Positions 1-8,845 of a stretch of DNA of 38,645 nt are shown here, piece after piece. Each line of letters starts with the position of its first letter. The first letter of the stretch is position 1. The notes under the pieces were generated by a model. That model had not been told where the DNA came from. It ran no database searches and saw nothing but the letters and a program-made list of their open reading frames with translations. The DNA comes from a virus (Duplodnaviria; Caudoviricetes), in IMG/VR virus record IMGVR_UViG_3300020379_000227, positions 1-38,645 of that record. One strand, 5' to 3'. A program made the position numbers and the translations under genes.

Positions 1-123
1 CTAATAATTTCTTCATTTACTAAACTGATCCACCTTTTACATAATATTGCCCCAGCAGATTGTATTAAGAAGTTGAGAGCAGAATGAGTAGAACGGACAG
101 GAATATGTCTACCATCCAGACCT
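1..123. repeat. Contig-end direct overlap, copy 1 (assembly circularity)
   Basis: 1-123 equals 38523-38645 except T at 47 versus C at 38569; lies inside the DNA polymerase gene. Confidence 0.95.
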
Positions 124-1514
124 TTTAAAAACTTCTTCTTCTCTAGTGACCTAGCAATATTATTATTCAAGCTAGAGAATCCAGTAATATTACTCATGAA
201 CTTATCTTTAAGTTTCTTACCTTCTTCTTTACCACCACCAATGATAGACCCTATTTTCTGTGATCCAGCACCATAAAGTAGAGCATAGATAAATGTTTTT
301 GCTTGGTCCCTAGTTTCTAGTCCAGCAGACTTCTGGTTTTCAGTATGTATATCACTTTCTACTACTTTCTTACCATAGGAACCATTGTCATACTTTGCTA
401 AATAGTGAGACAATACCCTTAGTTCCAATGAGGACATATCTATACCAATAAACTTGTGTCCCTTGTCTGGTATAAACAACTCCCTACATTCTTTACCAAA
501 AGGTGAACGAGTAGCAGGAACTTGTCCTAGATTAGGATGAGTATGGGTTGCCCTAGATGTATATGTACCAAGAGGATTAGTTCGGTTGTGTATGATGTAA
601 CTACCATTCTCTTTATTAGCCAACTTCAACCATGCTTGTTTACCTTCACTAATTTGAGCTATTCTTTTTTGTAGTAGTAAGTAGTCTGCTATCATTAGTG
701 CTTCTGGTGTACCTAGTTCCCTTAGTACAACTTCATCTACTATAGGATGACCCAAAGGTGTTTTCTTAGTAGGTTCCCATCCTCTTTCTATTAAAACTCT
801 GGCTATATGCTGTCTGGACCTAGGATTAAAATTTACATTCTTGATCTTGGTATAATCTTTTTTCTTCCTTGTCCTACCTTCTCCATTATTAACAATCCAA
901 GATCCAAACTCATCCTTCAGCTTATCCTCAAAGCCTACTCGTTTTAGTGATAGTTTTTCTTCTAGTGCTTTTGCATCCTTCTTATTAAATCTGACACCAG
1001 TAAACCTCATATCAGAACATATAAGTTGCATAGAATGCTCTAGTCGTACAGCATCTTGTACACCAGAGTCTTTCATCTTCTTCTTTAACTTCTCATACAA
1101 CTTAAAGTTTAGTTTTACATCATTGATGCAGTAGTTAAGCATATCCTCAGAGTATACCCCAAAGTTACTACACTCCATCTTAGGGAAGTTTAACTCTTTA
1201 CCCCAACTATCAAGACTGTGAAACTCTCTAGTAGGAAAAAGCAGTCTAGAAATAGTAAGAGTATCCCTAGGTAATGCTTTAGGAACCCAATTGTAGATTT
1301 TGTTTATAAAAGGAATGTCAAAATCAATTATGTTATGACCAACGACTATTTTAGCAGAGTCTAGGTATTCTATTCCTGCTTCTATTTCATCTGGACCAAA
1401 TGATTTTATCTCCCATGTCTCAGCATCCATAGTAACGATGCAATGAATAACTTTTCCCTGCTCATAAAAGTTATCTGTCTCAATATCAAAAATCAGCGTC
1501 TTCTTCTTCTTCAT
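1..1514 (-). CDS. DNA polymerase family A (T7 gp5-like), 5' part; continues across the circular join (about 569 aa in total). Not in the ORF track
   Basis: Manual translation from ATG at 1514: MKKKKTLIFDIETDNFY (ExoI DIE), GHNIIDFD (ExoII), motif A IGIDMSSLELR, motif B RDQAKTFIYALLYGAG; frame runs off position 1. Confidence 0.96.
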   Translation of the reverse strand, partial: MKKKKTLIFDIETDNFYEQGKVIHCIVTMDAETWEIKSFGPDEIEAGIEYLDSAKIVVGHNIIDFDIPFINKIYNWVPKALPRDTLTISRLLFPTREFHSLDSWGKELNFPKMECSNFGVYSEDMLNYCINDVKLNFKLYEKLKKKMKDSGVQDAVRLEHSMQLICSDMRFTGVRFNKKDAKALEEKLSLKRVGFEDKLKDEFGSWIVNNGEGRTRKKKDYTKIKNVNFNPRSRQHIARVLIERGWEPTKKTPLGHPIVDEVVLRELGTPEALMIADYLLLQKRIAQISEGKQAWLKLANKENGSYIIHNRTNPLGTYTSRATHTHPNLGQVPATRSPFGKECRELFIPDKGHKFIGIDMSSLELRVLSHYLAKYDNGSYGKKVVESDIHTENQKSAGLETRDQAKTFIYALLYGAGSQKIGSIIGGGKEEGKKLKDKFMSNITGFSSLNNNIARSLEKKKFLKGLDGRHIPVRSTHSALNFLIQSAGAILCKRWISLVNEEII

Positions 1515-3132
1515 CAAAATTTATCTCTTCTAATGTCTCAAATAATCTTCCTGTCTCAGGTGTATACCTAAGTACAGAACAAGCACCTTCTTCCCCTGAA
1601 TATCTATTTTTTAATACACGTACTGTAGTTAAGTGCTTGTCTTTCCCTTGTTTGTCCCTTTCTAACGCTATGCACATATCTGATAACTGAGCTATAGCCT
1701 GACTTCCCCTTAAATGATTTAATCCTACTCTTTCACCTTCTTCATGTCCTTTGCCCCCATTGGTTCTTTTTAAATGCGATACCAGCAATAACGCACATTG
1801 GGTATCCTCAACGAAATCCCGTAGGTTGGTCATGAGGTTATCTATTTTCCTTCTCTCGTCACCTTCCCCATCTCCTGAGACAATAATAGAAATGTGGTCA
1901 AGGATAATTAACTTACAGTCGTATCCTTTTACAAAATGACGGAGTTTATCCTTAATACTGTCTTCTGAGGAACTACCCCAATGCTTATCAAATACAACGT
2001 TGTTTCCAAGATCAAGATCCTTGTACCATTTTTCCCATTCTTTTAAATCTCTTTCTTCTTGTGATTGTAAATGAAGTGGTTCATTAGCATGAAGAGCAAG
2101 TAAACCAATAGCAGAACGCTTAGTGTTTTCCTCTAGTGCATAGTAGGCAACTTTATGTCCTTGTAGGATAGTGTTGTATGCTACTTCTCTACAAAACTGT
2201 GACTTACCTACTCCTGTTCCAGCAGTAATACAAACTATCTCACCACAACGTATACCCCTAGTCATCTCATCTAACTTAGGGAATGGGTAAGGAATACTTA
2301 CTTCATCATGTACTTTTATTATTTCTTCCCATATTTCATCCCCTGTTACTATTCCCTCTGGTTTATGAGGTTTAGCATTGTAGATTGCTTGCATGAGATC
2401 CTGTTGCCTGTTTTGCATCAGCAACTCATTAGCATCTTTCTCAGGAAGTTGAGCTATCTTACATTTACCATAGGATAATAGTTCTGCTACTTTTTTTGTT
2501 GCTTTATCCCCAGCTTCATCAGCATCAAAACAGAGTATTACTTCAGGAAATGATTCAACCCATTCTAAGTTTTCTTTTATTTGTGTTACTGCATTACCAG
2601 CACCTTTAGTTATAGATACTACTGGTCTTTTAAAGTTAAATACTTGTGCTACAGAAAGACAATCAATCTCTCCCTCTGTTATTATCAGAGGTTGAGGGTA
2701 GTTCAGGTTCTTTTGTGGTTGGAACTTGTTCTGACCAAAGAGAAGAGAGGTCTTCCCCCTCCATTTGAAATCCCTGTTCAACCCCCTCGTCTTCTGGGCG
2801 ATGTCTACTCCGTTCTCTGTAAAGCTGATTACTGCTGTTTTTACCCCGTCTAATAATGTTTTTTGGTAATCGTAGAATCGGCACGTTTCCTCTGTTATTT
2901 TTCGTTTAGGTAAATCTTCATAGAATAACTGATCCCTAGGAATTAAATTTAGTTTCTTCTTAGGTTTCTGTTCTACTGCTTCTACTGTATCTCCATCCAT
3001 TGTTCCCCTTTTTTCACAAGTCCAGCACCAAGTGCTACCATCGTCATAAACTGATTTGTTATCTACACTACCACATGAATCACAACCTACATTCTTAACC
3101 CAACTAGCTTCTTTATAAGGATGTTTACCCAT
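1486..3132 (-). CDS. Primase-helicase (T7 gp4-like)
   Basis: N-terminal Zn finger CDSC...CWTC, TOPRIM motifs ITEGEIDC and FDADEAG, Walker A GTGVGKS, IILDHIS, LRGSQAIAQLSD, VLKNRYSG; acidic tail ending in F. Confidence 0.97.
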   Translation of the reverse strand: MGKHPYKEASWVKNVGCDSCGSVDNKSVYDDGSTWCWTCEKRGTMDGDTVEAVEQKPKKKLNLIPRDQLFYEDLPKRKITEETCRFYDYQKTLLDGVKTAVISFTENGVDIAQKTRGLNRDFKWRGKTSLLFGQNKFQPQKNLNYPQPLIITEGEIDCLSVAQVFNFKRPVVSITKGAGNAVTQIKENLEWVESFPEVILCFDADEAGDKATKKVAELLSYGKCKIAQLPEKDANELLMQNRQQDLMQAIYNAKPHKPEGIVTGDEIWEEIIKVHDEVSIPYPFPKLDEMTRGIRCGEIVCITAGTGVGKSQFCREVAYNTILQGHKVAYYALEENTKRSAIGLLALHANEPLHLQSQEERDLKEWEKWYKDLDLGNNVVFDKHWGSSSEDSIKDKLRHFVKGYDCKLIILDHISIIVSGDGEGDERRKIDNLMTNLRDFVEDTQCALLLVSHLKRTNGGKGHEEGERVGLNHLRGSQAIAQLSDMCIALERDKQGKDKHLTTVRVLKNRYSGEEGACSVLRYTPETGRLFETLEEINFDEEEEDADF

Positions 3133-3595
3133 TAAAATAATCCTCTACATCGAAGTATGGTTTTTCCTCATCTTTAAGTAATTGATCCTGACCTATAACC
3201 CTTGCATCTGGATATACTCTTTTAAGATGAGAAGTAAGAAGTAGTAATGAATCTAATTGCTCTTCAAAATAACTTTGATCTGTAGGTATACCTTCTAAGT
3301 TTCTACCACCTACCAAAGTTATACATACAGAAGACTCATCGTAACCCCAAGTGTGACTACCATGTTCTTCTATTTCCCTACCCTTTTGTATTTCCCCAAA
3401 TTTATCTATAAGAAAATGACAACCTACAGAAATCCATCCTAATGCTCTATGCAGTCTATCTAATTGTACAATGTCTAGTAGTTTGTCAGGTTTAGTATCA
3501 GTACAAGTAACAATAATAAAATCAGTCTGATTCCTTTTCTTTATATTCACCAAACCATGAGGTAGGTACTCTTTTATGTGCATACTTGAATCCAT
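3125..3595 (-). CDS. T7 gp3.5-like N-acetylmuramoyl-L-alanine amidase homolog, probably catalytically inactive
   Basis: Position between endonuclease and primase; LHRALGWISVGCHFLI..G.IQKGR...GSH..GY..SVCITLVGG matches T7 lysozyme, but Zn ligands are substituted. True start may be a few codons downstream. Confidence 0.85.
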   Translation of the reverse strand: MDSSMHIKEYLPHGLVNIKKRNQTDFIIVTCTDTKPDKLLDIVQLDRLHRALGWISVGCHFLIDKFGEIQKGREIEEHGSHTWGYDESSVCITLVGGRNLEGIPTDQSYFEEQLDSLLLLTSHLKRVYPDARVIGQDQLLKDEEKPYFDVEDYFNG

Positions 3596-3932
3596 GTTTC
3601 TCAGCCCATTGTTGGTTCGTTCTTCTAGATCCTTGGTATCGTTGATTAAGATTCATGAATACAAACCTTAAATCTATCTCTGGATATTGTTTTTTAAAGT
3701 TCTCGTACTTTCTTCTACTTTCTGCTCTTAGAAAACCTTTGATCTCTACATAGATACCATTAGGTAAAACTAAGTCAGGTGTATAAGTAGTAGGGATGTC
3801 TACACTAAACTTACATGGTTCGTATACACACCCCTTTTGCGGTAATGCGTTAAATACCTGCTCTTCAAAAGATGACCTAAAAATCGTCTTCTTCTTCAAA
3901 GATTGTTTCTTTCCCCTCTTCCTTGTATTCAA
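3522..3932 (-). CDS. Endonuclease I / Holliday junction resolvase (T7 gp3-like)
   Basis: FRSSFEEQV, YTPDLVLPNGIYVEIKG, DLRFVF, WAEKHGF. ORF track starts at 3986; TTG at 3932 after GAGG is a more plausible start. Confidence 0.93.
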   Translation of the reverse strand: MNTRKRGKKQSLKKKTIFRSSFEEQVFNALPQKGCVYEPCKFSVDIPTTYTPDLVLPNGIYVEIKGFLRAESRRKYENFKKQYPEIDLRFVFMNLNQRYQGSRRTNQQWAEKHGFKYAHKRVPTSWFGEYKEKESD

Positions 3933-4464
3933 ACCCTTCTTCCTCTTCAAATCCAAATCCATCTGAATTAGCTGAGTAAGGTACATGGTTAATTACTTGT
4001 ACTGCCATTGGAATTAGGGACACACCACAACCAGTTCCAGCAACACTCCAAGTTCTAGTTTTATAAGCAATCTTGACAATAGAACCATTGCCGATACTAA
4101 AATCAGGATCAGTAATAACAATACCTTTAGCATCTACTACTGTAGGCTTCTGAGTAATGACATCACCTTTCCTAGTTTCGTACTTAGCCTTCATCTTAAA
4201 CTTGAAAGCAATACCATCTTCTTGTCCATCTACTTCATTTACTTTGTAAGGTGGATTTGCTTTCTTCGGCTTCTTACCATCTACTGTGTGTTCTGCAACA
4301 GCATCTGTAATATACTGATCAACAATAGATTTAAACTCTTCTGCTTCTTTACCTTTTAAAACAAGGTTCCCTTCATACACTCCTTGCGGATTATAATTAG
4401 TCTCTGGTCTTATCATCTTTAACCAGAGTGCTTCACCTTTTGGTGTTTTCTCTAATTGTTTCAT
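3877..4464 (-). CDS. ssb: Single-stranded DNA-binding protein (T7 gp2.5-like)
   Basis: TPKGEA.W, FKFKMKA, IGNGSIVK, AVQVI; acidic C-terminal tail ending DDF; synteny. Confidence 0.93.
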   Translation of the reverse strand: MKQLEKTPKGEALWLKMIRPETNYNPQGVYEGNLVLKGKEAEEFKSIVDQYITDAVAEHTVDGKKPKKANPPYKVNEVDGQEDGIAFKFKMKAKYETRKGDVITQKPTVVDAKGIVITDPDFSIGNGSIVKIAYKTRTWSVAGTGCGVSLIPMAVQVINHVPYSANSDGFGFEEEEGFEYKEEGKETIFEEEDDF

Positions 4465-4472
4465 TTCACTTC

Positions 4473-6944
4473 CTATGCGAAAAAGAATGGTGAATCCCTC
4501 ACCAGATTAATATCCAAGTTCCCCCTCTCTGGTGGACTTGGTAATGCACTCTCTGGTACTACCATTGAGGCATCCTTTAGAAACTCCTCACATACATCCC
4601 ATTGTTCGTACATCTCAACAAAGGACTCACGTAAGAGCTTCTGCATTAATGGCATTTGTGCCACTAAAGACCCATAACTGTCATGAATCATCGTCACTTG
4701 ATTTAAATCATGTTCTCTACATTTCTGTAAAGTAAGAGTAAGATGACTCGCATCCATACTATGAATAAAATTAGGTGGTGTAGCGTTACCAGTTTTCCAA
4801 CTATCCTGTTTACTACCTATTGGGTTACCTTGGATATTAGCCATAATTAATTTACCATCCAGTACAGTCCTTATTTTTCTAGATCGAACCTCTGGATAAT
4901 TTTGTACTACTACAAAACCACTTGGGGTTCTCCATTGTACTGGTACTTTCTGTTTTATAATCTGTCTTGCTACTGATTTAATCCATTGCATTCCATTAGT
5001 GGCTGCTTTTACTTTTACTTTAAGTGCATCTTGTATTTTACTTACTAACCAACGTGATTCTTTGAATGCATCTGTTACTCTTACACCATTATTAAAAGGC
5101 CATTCTACTTCTCCTGCATACTCTATTACATAACCATTTATGTATTCGGTAAACATGTGAGGTGTACCACCATACGGGAAGGTCATAACTATTTTCTTCA
5201 GCATGGATCTATCTATAAGATCACTCTTTAACCAATCCCTTGCTAAAGGTTCATTAGATTCTTTTAGTATGGCTTTAACTTCATCTGCTACTTCTTGGTA
5301 TAGGTCTTGTGGATTATTGGTATAGGTAAGGTTGCAATAGTGAGCAGTTTCTTCATCACCTAACATAGCAGAGTAATGCTGGATACCATTCTGACTACCA
5401 TCGGTATGTACCCAATAAAAACTCTTGTACCCTAGTCCATTAGTTTTGTACTTTCTCCACTCTTTACAGAATGCTAGAAACTGCCAAGGTTCATCTGCAT
5501 CAGTCCACCATTTAAAATCAAAAGGTGCTTTAGCACTCTCTATGATCTGATCAGTATGATGGTTAATCCACTTAACTCTGTTCTCCATTGTAGTCTTATC
5601 AAACCCATACAAGTTTGCTCCTGCTATAGCTAAAGCATTAACTTGTTCATCTTCTGTAACAGGCATCCCTACTGCACTCTGTAGAAGGGATTTAGACCAA
5701 TCTGGACCTTGGGGATGTAGGAAGTTGTGCATGAGGTAATATCTACCTCTGTAATCACATTGGGCTACATAATTAAACTGTTTGTGTTGCATTAAATCTT
5801 TAGCCATTTGCAACCCTCTAACAAACTGCAACCTTCTGCTATACATCTGATTGTTTTTCCTCATCAGCATGGCATAAGGTTTAGCCCATTTTTCCCATAT
5901 TTCTTTTTGTTCTTCTGTTAGAGTTTTCTTTTGTGTTCCTGGGTATGGACATTGTGGTAAGTCATAAGGTTTATTAGGAGGTATTCCTTCCCACTCTGCA
6001 CCACTATCGTAAGCCTTCTGCATCAACTCATACATTGGTATGTTGATAGCAAACTCTGTCCTCTGCATTTGATTTAAAGCATCGTATACAAGGGGCATAC
6101 TTACATTATCTAAATCTTGATACCCTGTCTTTTTATGTAACTTAATTGCACGTAGTCCTTTTAGTTGACTAGTGTAATAACCACCACCTAATGTTTTCTC
6201 TTGCCAATCTCTAGGTGTTACTACACATGGCATATACTGAGTAGCTATGTTTTCTCTATGCCTTTCCAACTTCTCTATCCATTCAAGAGCAGAAGGATTG
6301 GGAACCAACATATTAATGGTTTTTCTTTTATTGACATAGTTAGGAACTATATTAACTAACCCTGTTTCCCTGTGTATAAGATGAATTAGAATTTTACCCA
6401 ACATAATCTTATCAGCATCTTCTAATGTAAGATCATGTAGGTTTAATTGGGTCTTTCTAGAAAGCAACCAAGTCATAGCATTCTTTTGTCTATAACGTGG
6501 ATTACGTTTCTGATGTTCTGACTCTAAAACCCTCTTAAAATAATTTGGATTCTCTGTACGGAAGGTACGTAACCTATGTTCATCTTGTATAGCATTACCT
6601 ATGGTCCTTGCTACACGATATTCTGGATGGGATTGGGATAAACCATCTAGCGTACATATAAGTGCTAGATAGGCTATTGTTTCATCTTCTAGTTCAAGAG
6701 ATTCAACAACTTCTATGAGGTGAGTAGCGTAAGCTGGTTTACCAGTTTTACGTTTATCTATCCATTTTCTAAAAGCATTAGAAATAGGTTGTACTGCTTC
6801 TGACATAATGTAACGTACAGAGGGGAGTCTAGTCCATGACTCTTGATCTTTAGCATCCTTGCTAACCCTCTGGTAACGTCTTTTACCTAACCTCTTACCT
6901 TCTAGTTCAAGGTTAAGTTGTTTCTCTAGTACGTTTTGATACAT
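4473..6944 (-). CDS. Single-subunit DNA-directed RNA polymerase (T7 gp1-like)
   Basis: DYRGRYY, motif A DGSQNGIQH, motif B RSMLKKIVMTFPYG, PNFIHSMDA, motif C IHDSYG, C-terminus FFA. Likely start ATG 6944 (ORF track begins at 6965). Confidence 0.98.
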   Translation of the reverse strand: MYQNVLEKQLNLELEGKRLGKRRYQRVSKDAKDQESWTRLPSVRYIMSEAVQPISNAFRKWIDKRKTGKPAYATHLIEVVESLELEDETIAYLALICTLDGLSQSHPEYRVARTIGNAIQDEHRLRTFRTENPNYFKRVLESEHQKRNPRYRQKNAMTWLLSRKTQLNLHDLTLEDADKIMLGKILIHLIHRETGLVNIVPNYVNKRKTINMLVPNPSALEWIEKLERHRENIATQYMPCVVTPRDWQEKTLGGGYYTSQLKGLRAIKLHKKTGYQDLDNVSMPLVYDALNQMQRTEFAINIPMYELMQKAYDSGAEWEGIPPNKPYDLPQCPYPGTQKKTLTEEQKEIWEKWAKPYAMLMRKNNQMYSRRLQFVRGLQMAKDLMQHKQFNYVAQCDYRGRYYLMHNFLHPQGPDWSKSLLQSAVGMPVTEDEQVNALAIAGANLYGFDKTTMENRVKWINHHTDQIIESAKAPFDFKWWTDADEPWQFLAFCKEWRKYKTNGLGYKSFYWVHTDGSQNGIQHYSAMLGDEETAHYCNLTYTNNPQDLYQEVADEVKAILKESNEPLARDWLKSDLIDRSMLKKIVMTFPYGGTPHMFTEYINGYVIEYAGEVEWPFNNGVRVTDAFKESRWLVSKIQDALKVKVKAATNGMQWIKSVARQIIKQKVPVQWRTPSGFVVVQNYPEVRSRKIRTVLDGKLIMANIQGNPIGSKQDSWKTGNATPPNFIHSMDASHLTLTLQKCREHDLNQVTMIHDSYGSLVAQMPLMQKLLRESFVEMYEQWDVCEEFLKDASMVVPESALPSPPERGNLDINLVRDSPFFFA

Positions 6945-7128
6945 AATTCCCAGACTTCCTGTCAAGAATTAATTCATCTACTATTTTAAGTGCTTCTACT
7001 TCTAAATTTATTCTTGCAATAGCAATAAACTTATTACTACAAGAACATTCAATAATACTAGTACCAGAATGTTCCCTGTTTTCTATATGCCTCCTACCAC
7101 AATGGGGACATTTGCTTTCTACTCTCAT
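6913..7128 (-). CDS. Small Zn-ribbon protein
   Basis: CPHC...ECSC pattern; overlaps neighbours in operon fashion. Confidence 0.65.
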   Translation of the reverse strand: MRVESKCPHCGRRHIENREHSGTSIIECSCSNKFIAIARINLEVEALKIVDELILDRKSGNYVSKRTRETT

Positions 7129-7315
7129 TGTACTCCATACATGCTACACATATTATGTGTTCATCTAGTTTATTACTGGTTAGTCTTTTACATTCTTTAC
7201 ATGGTAGAAAACTTTGGTTACCCAATAGTTGTTTCCTCATAAACCGCTGGTTTAAAGTTTCGGTCATAGTCATCTCTCTCTGCTTGTTGTATTTGTAATT
7301 CTTCTTTCTTATCAT
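7094..7315 (-). CDS. Small Zn-finger protein
   Basis: CKEC...CVAC; start probably at internal MTMTE. Confidence 0.6.
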   Translation of the reverse strand: MIRKKNYKYNKQREMTMTETLNQRFMRKQLLGNQSFLPCKECKRLTSNKLDEHIICVACMEYNESRKQMSPLW

Positions 7316-7565
7316 AAATCATCTGTACACAAGCAGAATAACCAGCAAGATCAACCAAGTTATCTTCTTTATGTCTATATATTTCTCTGGCTATTTTCAT
7401 ACCAGCTAACATAAGTGCTACTTTCTCAGGTGGTACTGGATCTGTATCAAGTATTACACCCCAAATAGTTCCTATTCTTTGACAATTTTCCAATGGGTGA
7501 TCATAAGCCCATTGTCGATCACCATTAACTAGTCTTTCTGCTTGTTTGTTTACGCTTTCTGCCAT
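7218..7565 (-). CDS. DUF6378-like phage protein (all-helical, nucleotide-metabolism-associated family)
   Basis: A..LVNGDRQ..Y.HP.EN..RI...W, VALML..MKIAR, DNLVDLAGY are the typical pattern of this family. Confidence 0.75.
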   Translation of the reverse strand: MAESVNKQAERLVNGDRQWAYDHPLENCQRIGTIWGVILDTDPVPPEKVALMLAGMKIAREIYRHKEDNLVDLAGYSACVQMIYDKKEELQIQQAERDDYDRNFKPAVYEETTIG

Positions 7566-7728
7566 TATATTTCCTGAGTAATACTAAATATTCATCTTGT
7601 AATATACTGCACCAATCTTTTAGTACATCTAACTTATGTAATTCATCTGAATTTTCAAAATCCTTAGACCATCTAACACTTCCGTATGAATCATTGAAAA
7701 CTAACCTTACTGGATTATATTTTGTCAT
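7525..7728 (-). CDS. Hypothetical protein
   Basis: ATG preceded by GAGGGA; operon context. Confidence 0.65.
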   Translation of the reverse strand: MTKYNPVRLVFNDSYGSVRWSKDFENSDELHKLDVLKDWCSILQDEYLVLLRKYNGRKRKQTSRKTS

Positions 7729-7752
7729 ATCATCCCTCTATTAATTTAAATT

Positions 7753-7836
7753 AAATGGGCAAGGTAAAGCTCCACACTTTATTCAATTTGAACCCAACCT
7801 ATGCGTTGTTAAGTAAAAATAGATCCTTGCCCATTT
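7753..7836. repeat. Perfect 12-bp inverted repeat enclosing an intergenic loop
   Basis: AAATGGGCAAGG (7753-7764) and CCTTGCCCATTT (7825-7836). Confidence 0.8.
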
Positions 7837-8255
7837 CATACTGCTTCATAGTACAAAGCAGTTAAGTCTTTCATAAATTGTTTATCGTACTTAGCTACTT
7901 GATTAACTGGTACAAACTTATGTTTAACCTCACCATCAACTAATACATCTACTCTTTTTTGACCTTTGTTCTTTGGTGGTCTACCTATACACGCTTTTAG
8001 ATGGTTTTCCCTTCTCTTTTTTTCACTCTTTCGCATTCTTTTATATACAATTGGGTTTAGCTCTTTTTTGAGACACCCACATGACTTTGTATTTAAAGAA
8101 TTGACTGCTTGCTGGTATAACTTTTTATAGTTACCACAACTACACTTATATAAGTTTATTCTGCTACCATTCTTGTCCCTATGAGAGAAACGAACGCAAG
8201 TAAGTCTACTACCAGCTACACGACCAGTTAGTTGACCACTATCGTTAGGATGCAC
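7836..8255 (-). CDS. Protein with the Cys-rich N-terminal domain of phage HNH/AP2-type proteins, no nuclease domain seen
   Basis: LTG...SRLT.V...YKCSCGN...TKSCGCL; basic C-terminal half lacks an HNH motif. Confidence 0.65.
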   Translation of the reverse strand: MHPNDSGQLTGRVAGSRLTCVRFSHRDKNGSRINLYKCSCGNYKKLYQQAVNSLNTKSCGCLKKELNPIVYKRMRKSEKKRRENHLKACIGRPPKNKGQKRVDVLVDGEVKHKFVPVNQVAKYDKQFMKDLTALYYEAV

Positions 8256-8520
8256 TTACATCCTCATTAGTTAAATGGTCCTGCTTAACAATGCCATGTT
8301 TCCTAACACTATCAAAGGTCCAGCTATATACTTTGTAATACTCAGATCCAGCTACTAACTTTTGACTGAAATCATCAGATAAAGCAGGAAGTTTAGTAAT
8401 GGTTCCACCTTTACTTTTATATGCTTCTACTGCTTTATTAACTTGTTCTCTGGAGATTAATTGACCCTTGCGTACCCTCTTGTGGGCTAATGCCCTACTA
8501 GCGAAAGTATTTTGCCCCAT
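8245..8520 (-). CDS. Small protein with SutA-like RNA-polymerase-binding motif
   Basis: SREQVNKAVEAYKSKGGTITKLP resembles the SutA helix-GG-strand pattern; RBS GAGGG; first gene after a sigma70-like promoter. Confidence 0.55.
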   Translation of the reverse strand: MGQNTFASRALAHKRVRKGQLISREQVNKAVEAYKSKGGTITKLPALSDDFSQKLVAGSEYYKVYSWTFDSVRKHGIVKQDHLTNEDVSAS

Positions 8521-8568
8521 AACCCTCTTAATATAATCTTGCAGAAGTGCAAGTATGTGAAGTAATGT

Positions 8569-8632
8569 CGAACTAGCAGTAATGGCAAAAGCGGAAACTT
8601 AGTTGTCGCTTGAGATGTAAACTGGAAGTTCG
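8569..8632 (-). promoter_or_regulatory. Long imperfect hairpin in a 5' leader
   Basis: Nested complementary blocks CGAACT/AGTTCG, CAGT/ACTG, AAGCG/CGCTT; separate small hairpin CTTGCA/TGCAAG at 8538-8553. Confidence 0.6.
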
Positions 8633-8647
8633 TAGATATGAAAAAAC

Positions 8648-8676
8648 ACCATGGCACAAGCTAATTTACTTGTCAA
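8648..8676 (-). promoter_or_regulatory. Host sigma70-type promoter upstream of the SutA-like to RNAP gene block
   Basis: TTGACA (8676-8671), 17 nt, TG.CATGGT extended -10 (8653-8648). Confidence 0.6.
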
Positions 8677-8845
8677 CCCCTTCATCCATCTTTTTTATTT
8701 TTTCTTCTATTGCTTGCTCTACAAAAGTTTTAAGAGGTATATCTAACTGATTTTTCAGCATAAACATTTTAGTTTCTCTTACGAGTTTTCGGGATAACAC
8801 TACATTGATAACCGAATTTCTGTATTCATCTTGCATTATTTTCAC
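8666..8845 (-). CDS. Ribbon-helix-helix DNA-binding protein (59 aa, not in ORF track)
   Basis: MKIMQDEYRNSVINVVLSRKLVRETKMFMLKNQLDIPLKTFVEQAIEEKIKKMDEGVDK; alternating strand INVVL then two amphipathic helices; AGGAG upstream; alternative ATG at 8836. Confidence 0.7.
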   Translation of the reverse strand: MKIMQDEYRNSVINVVLSRKLVRETKMFMLKNQLDIPLKTFVEQAIEEKIKKMDEGVDK

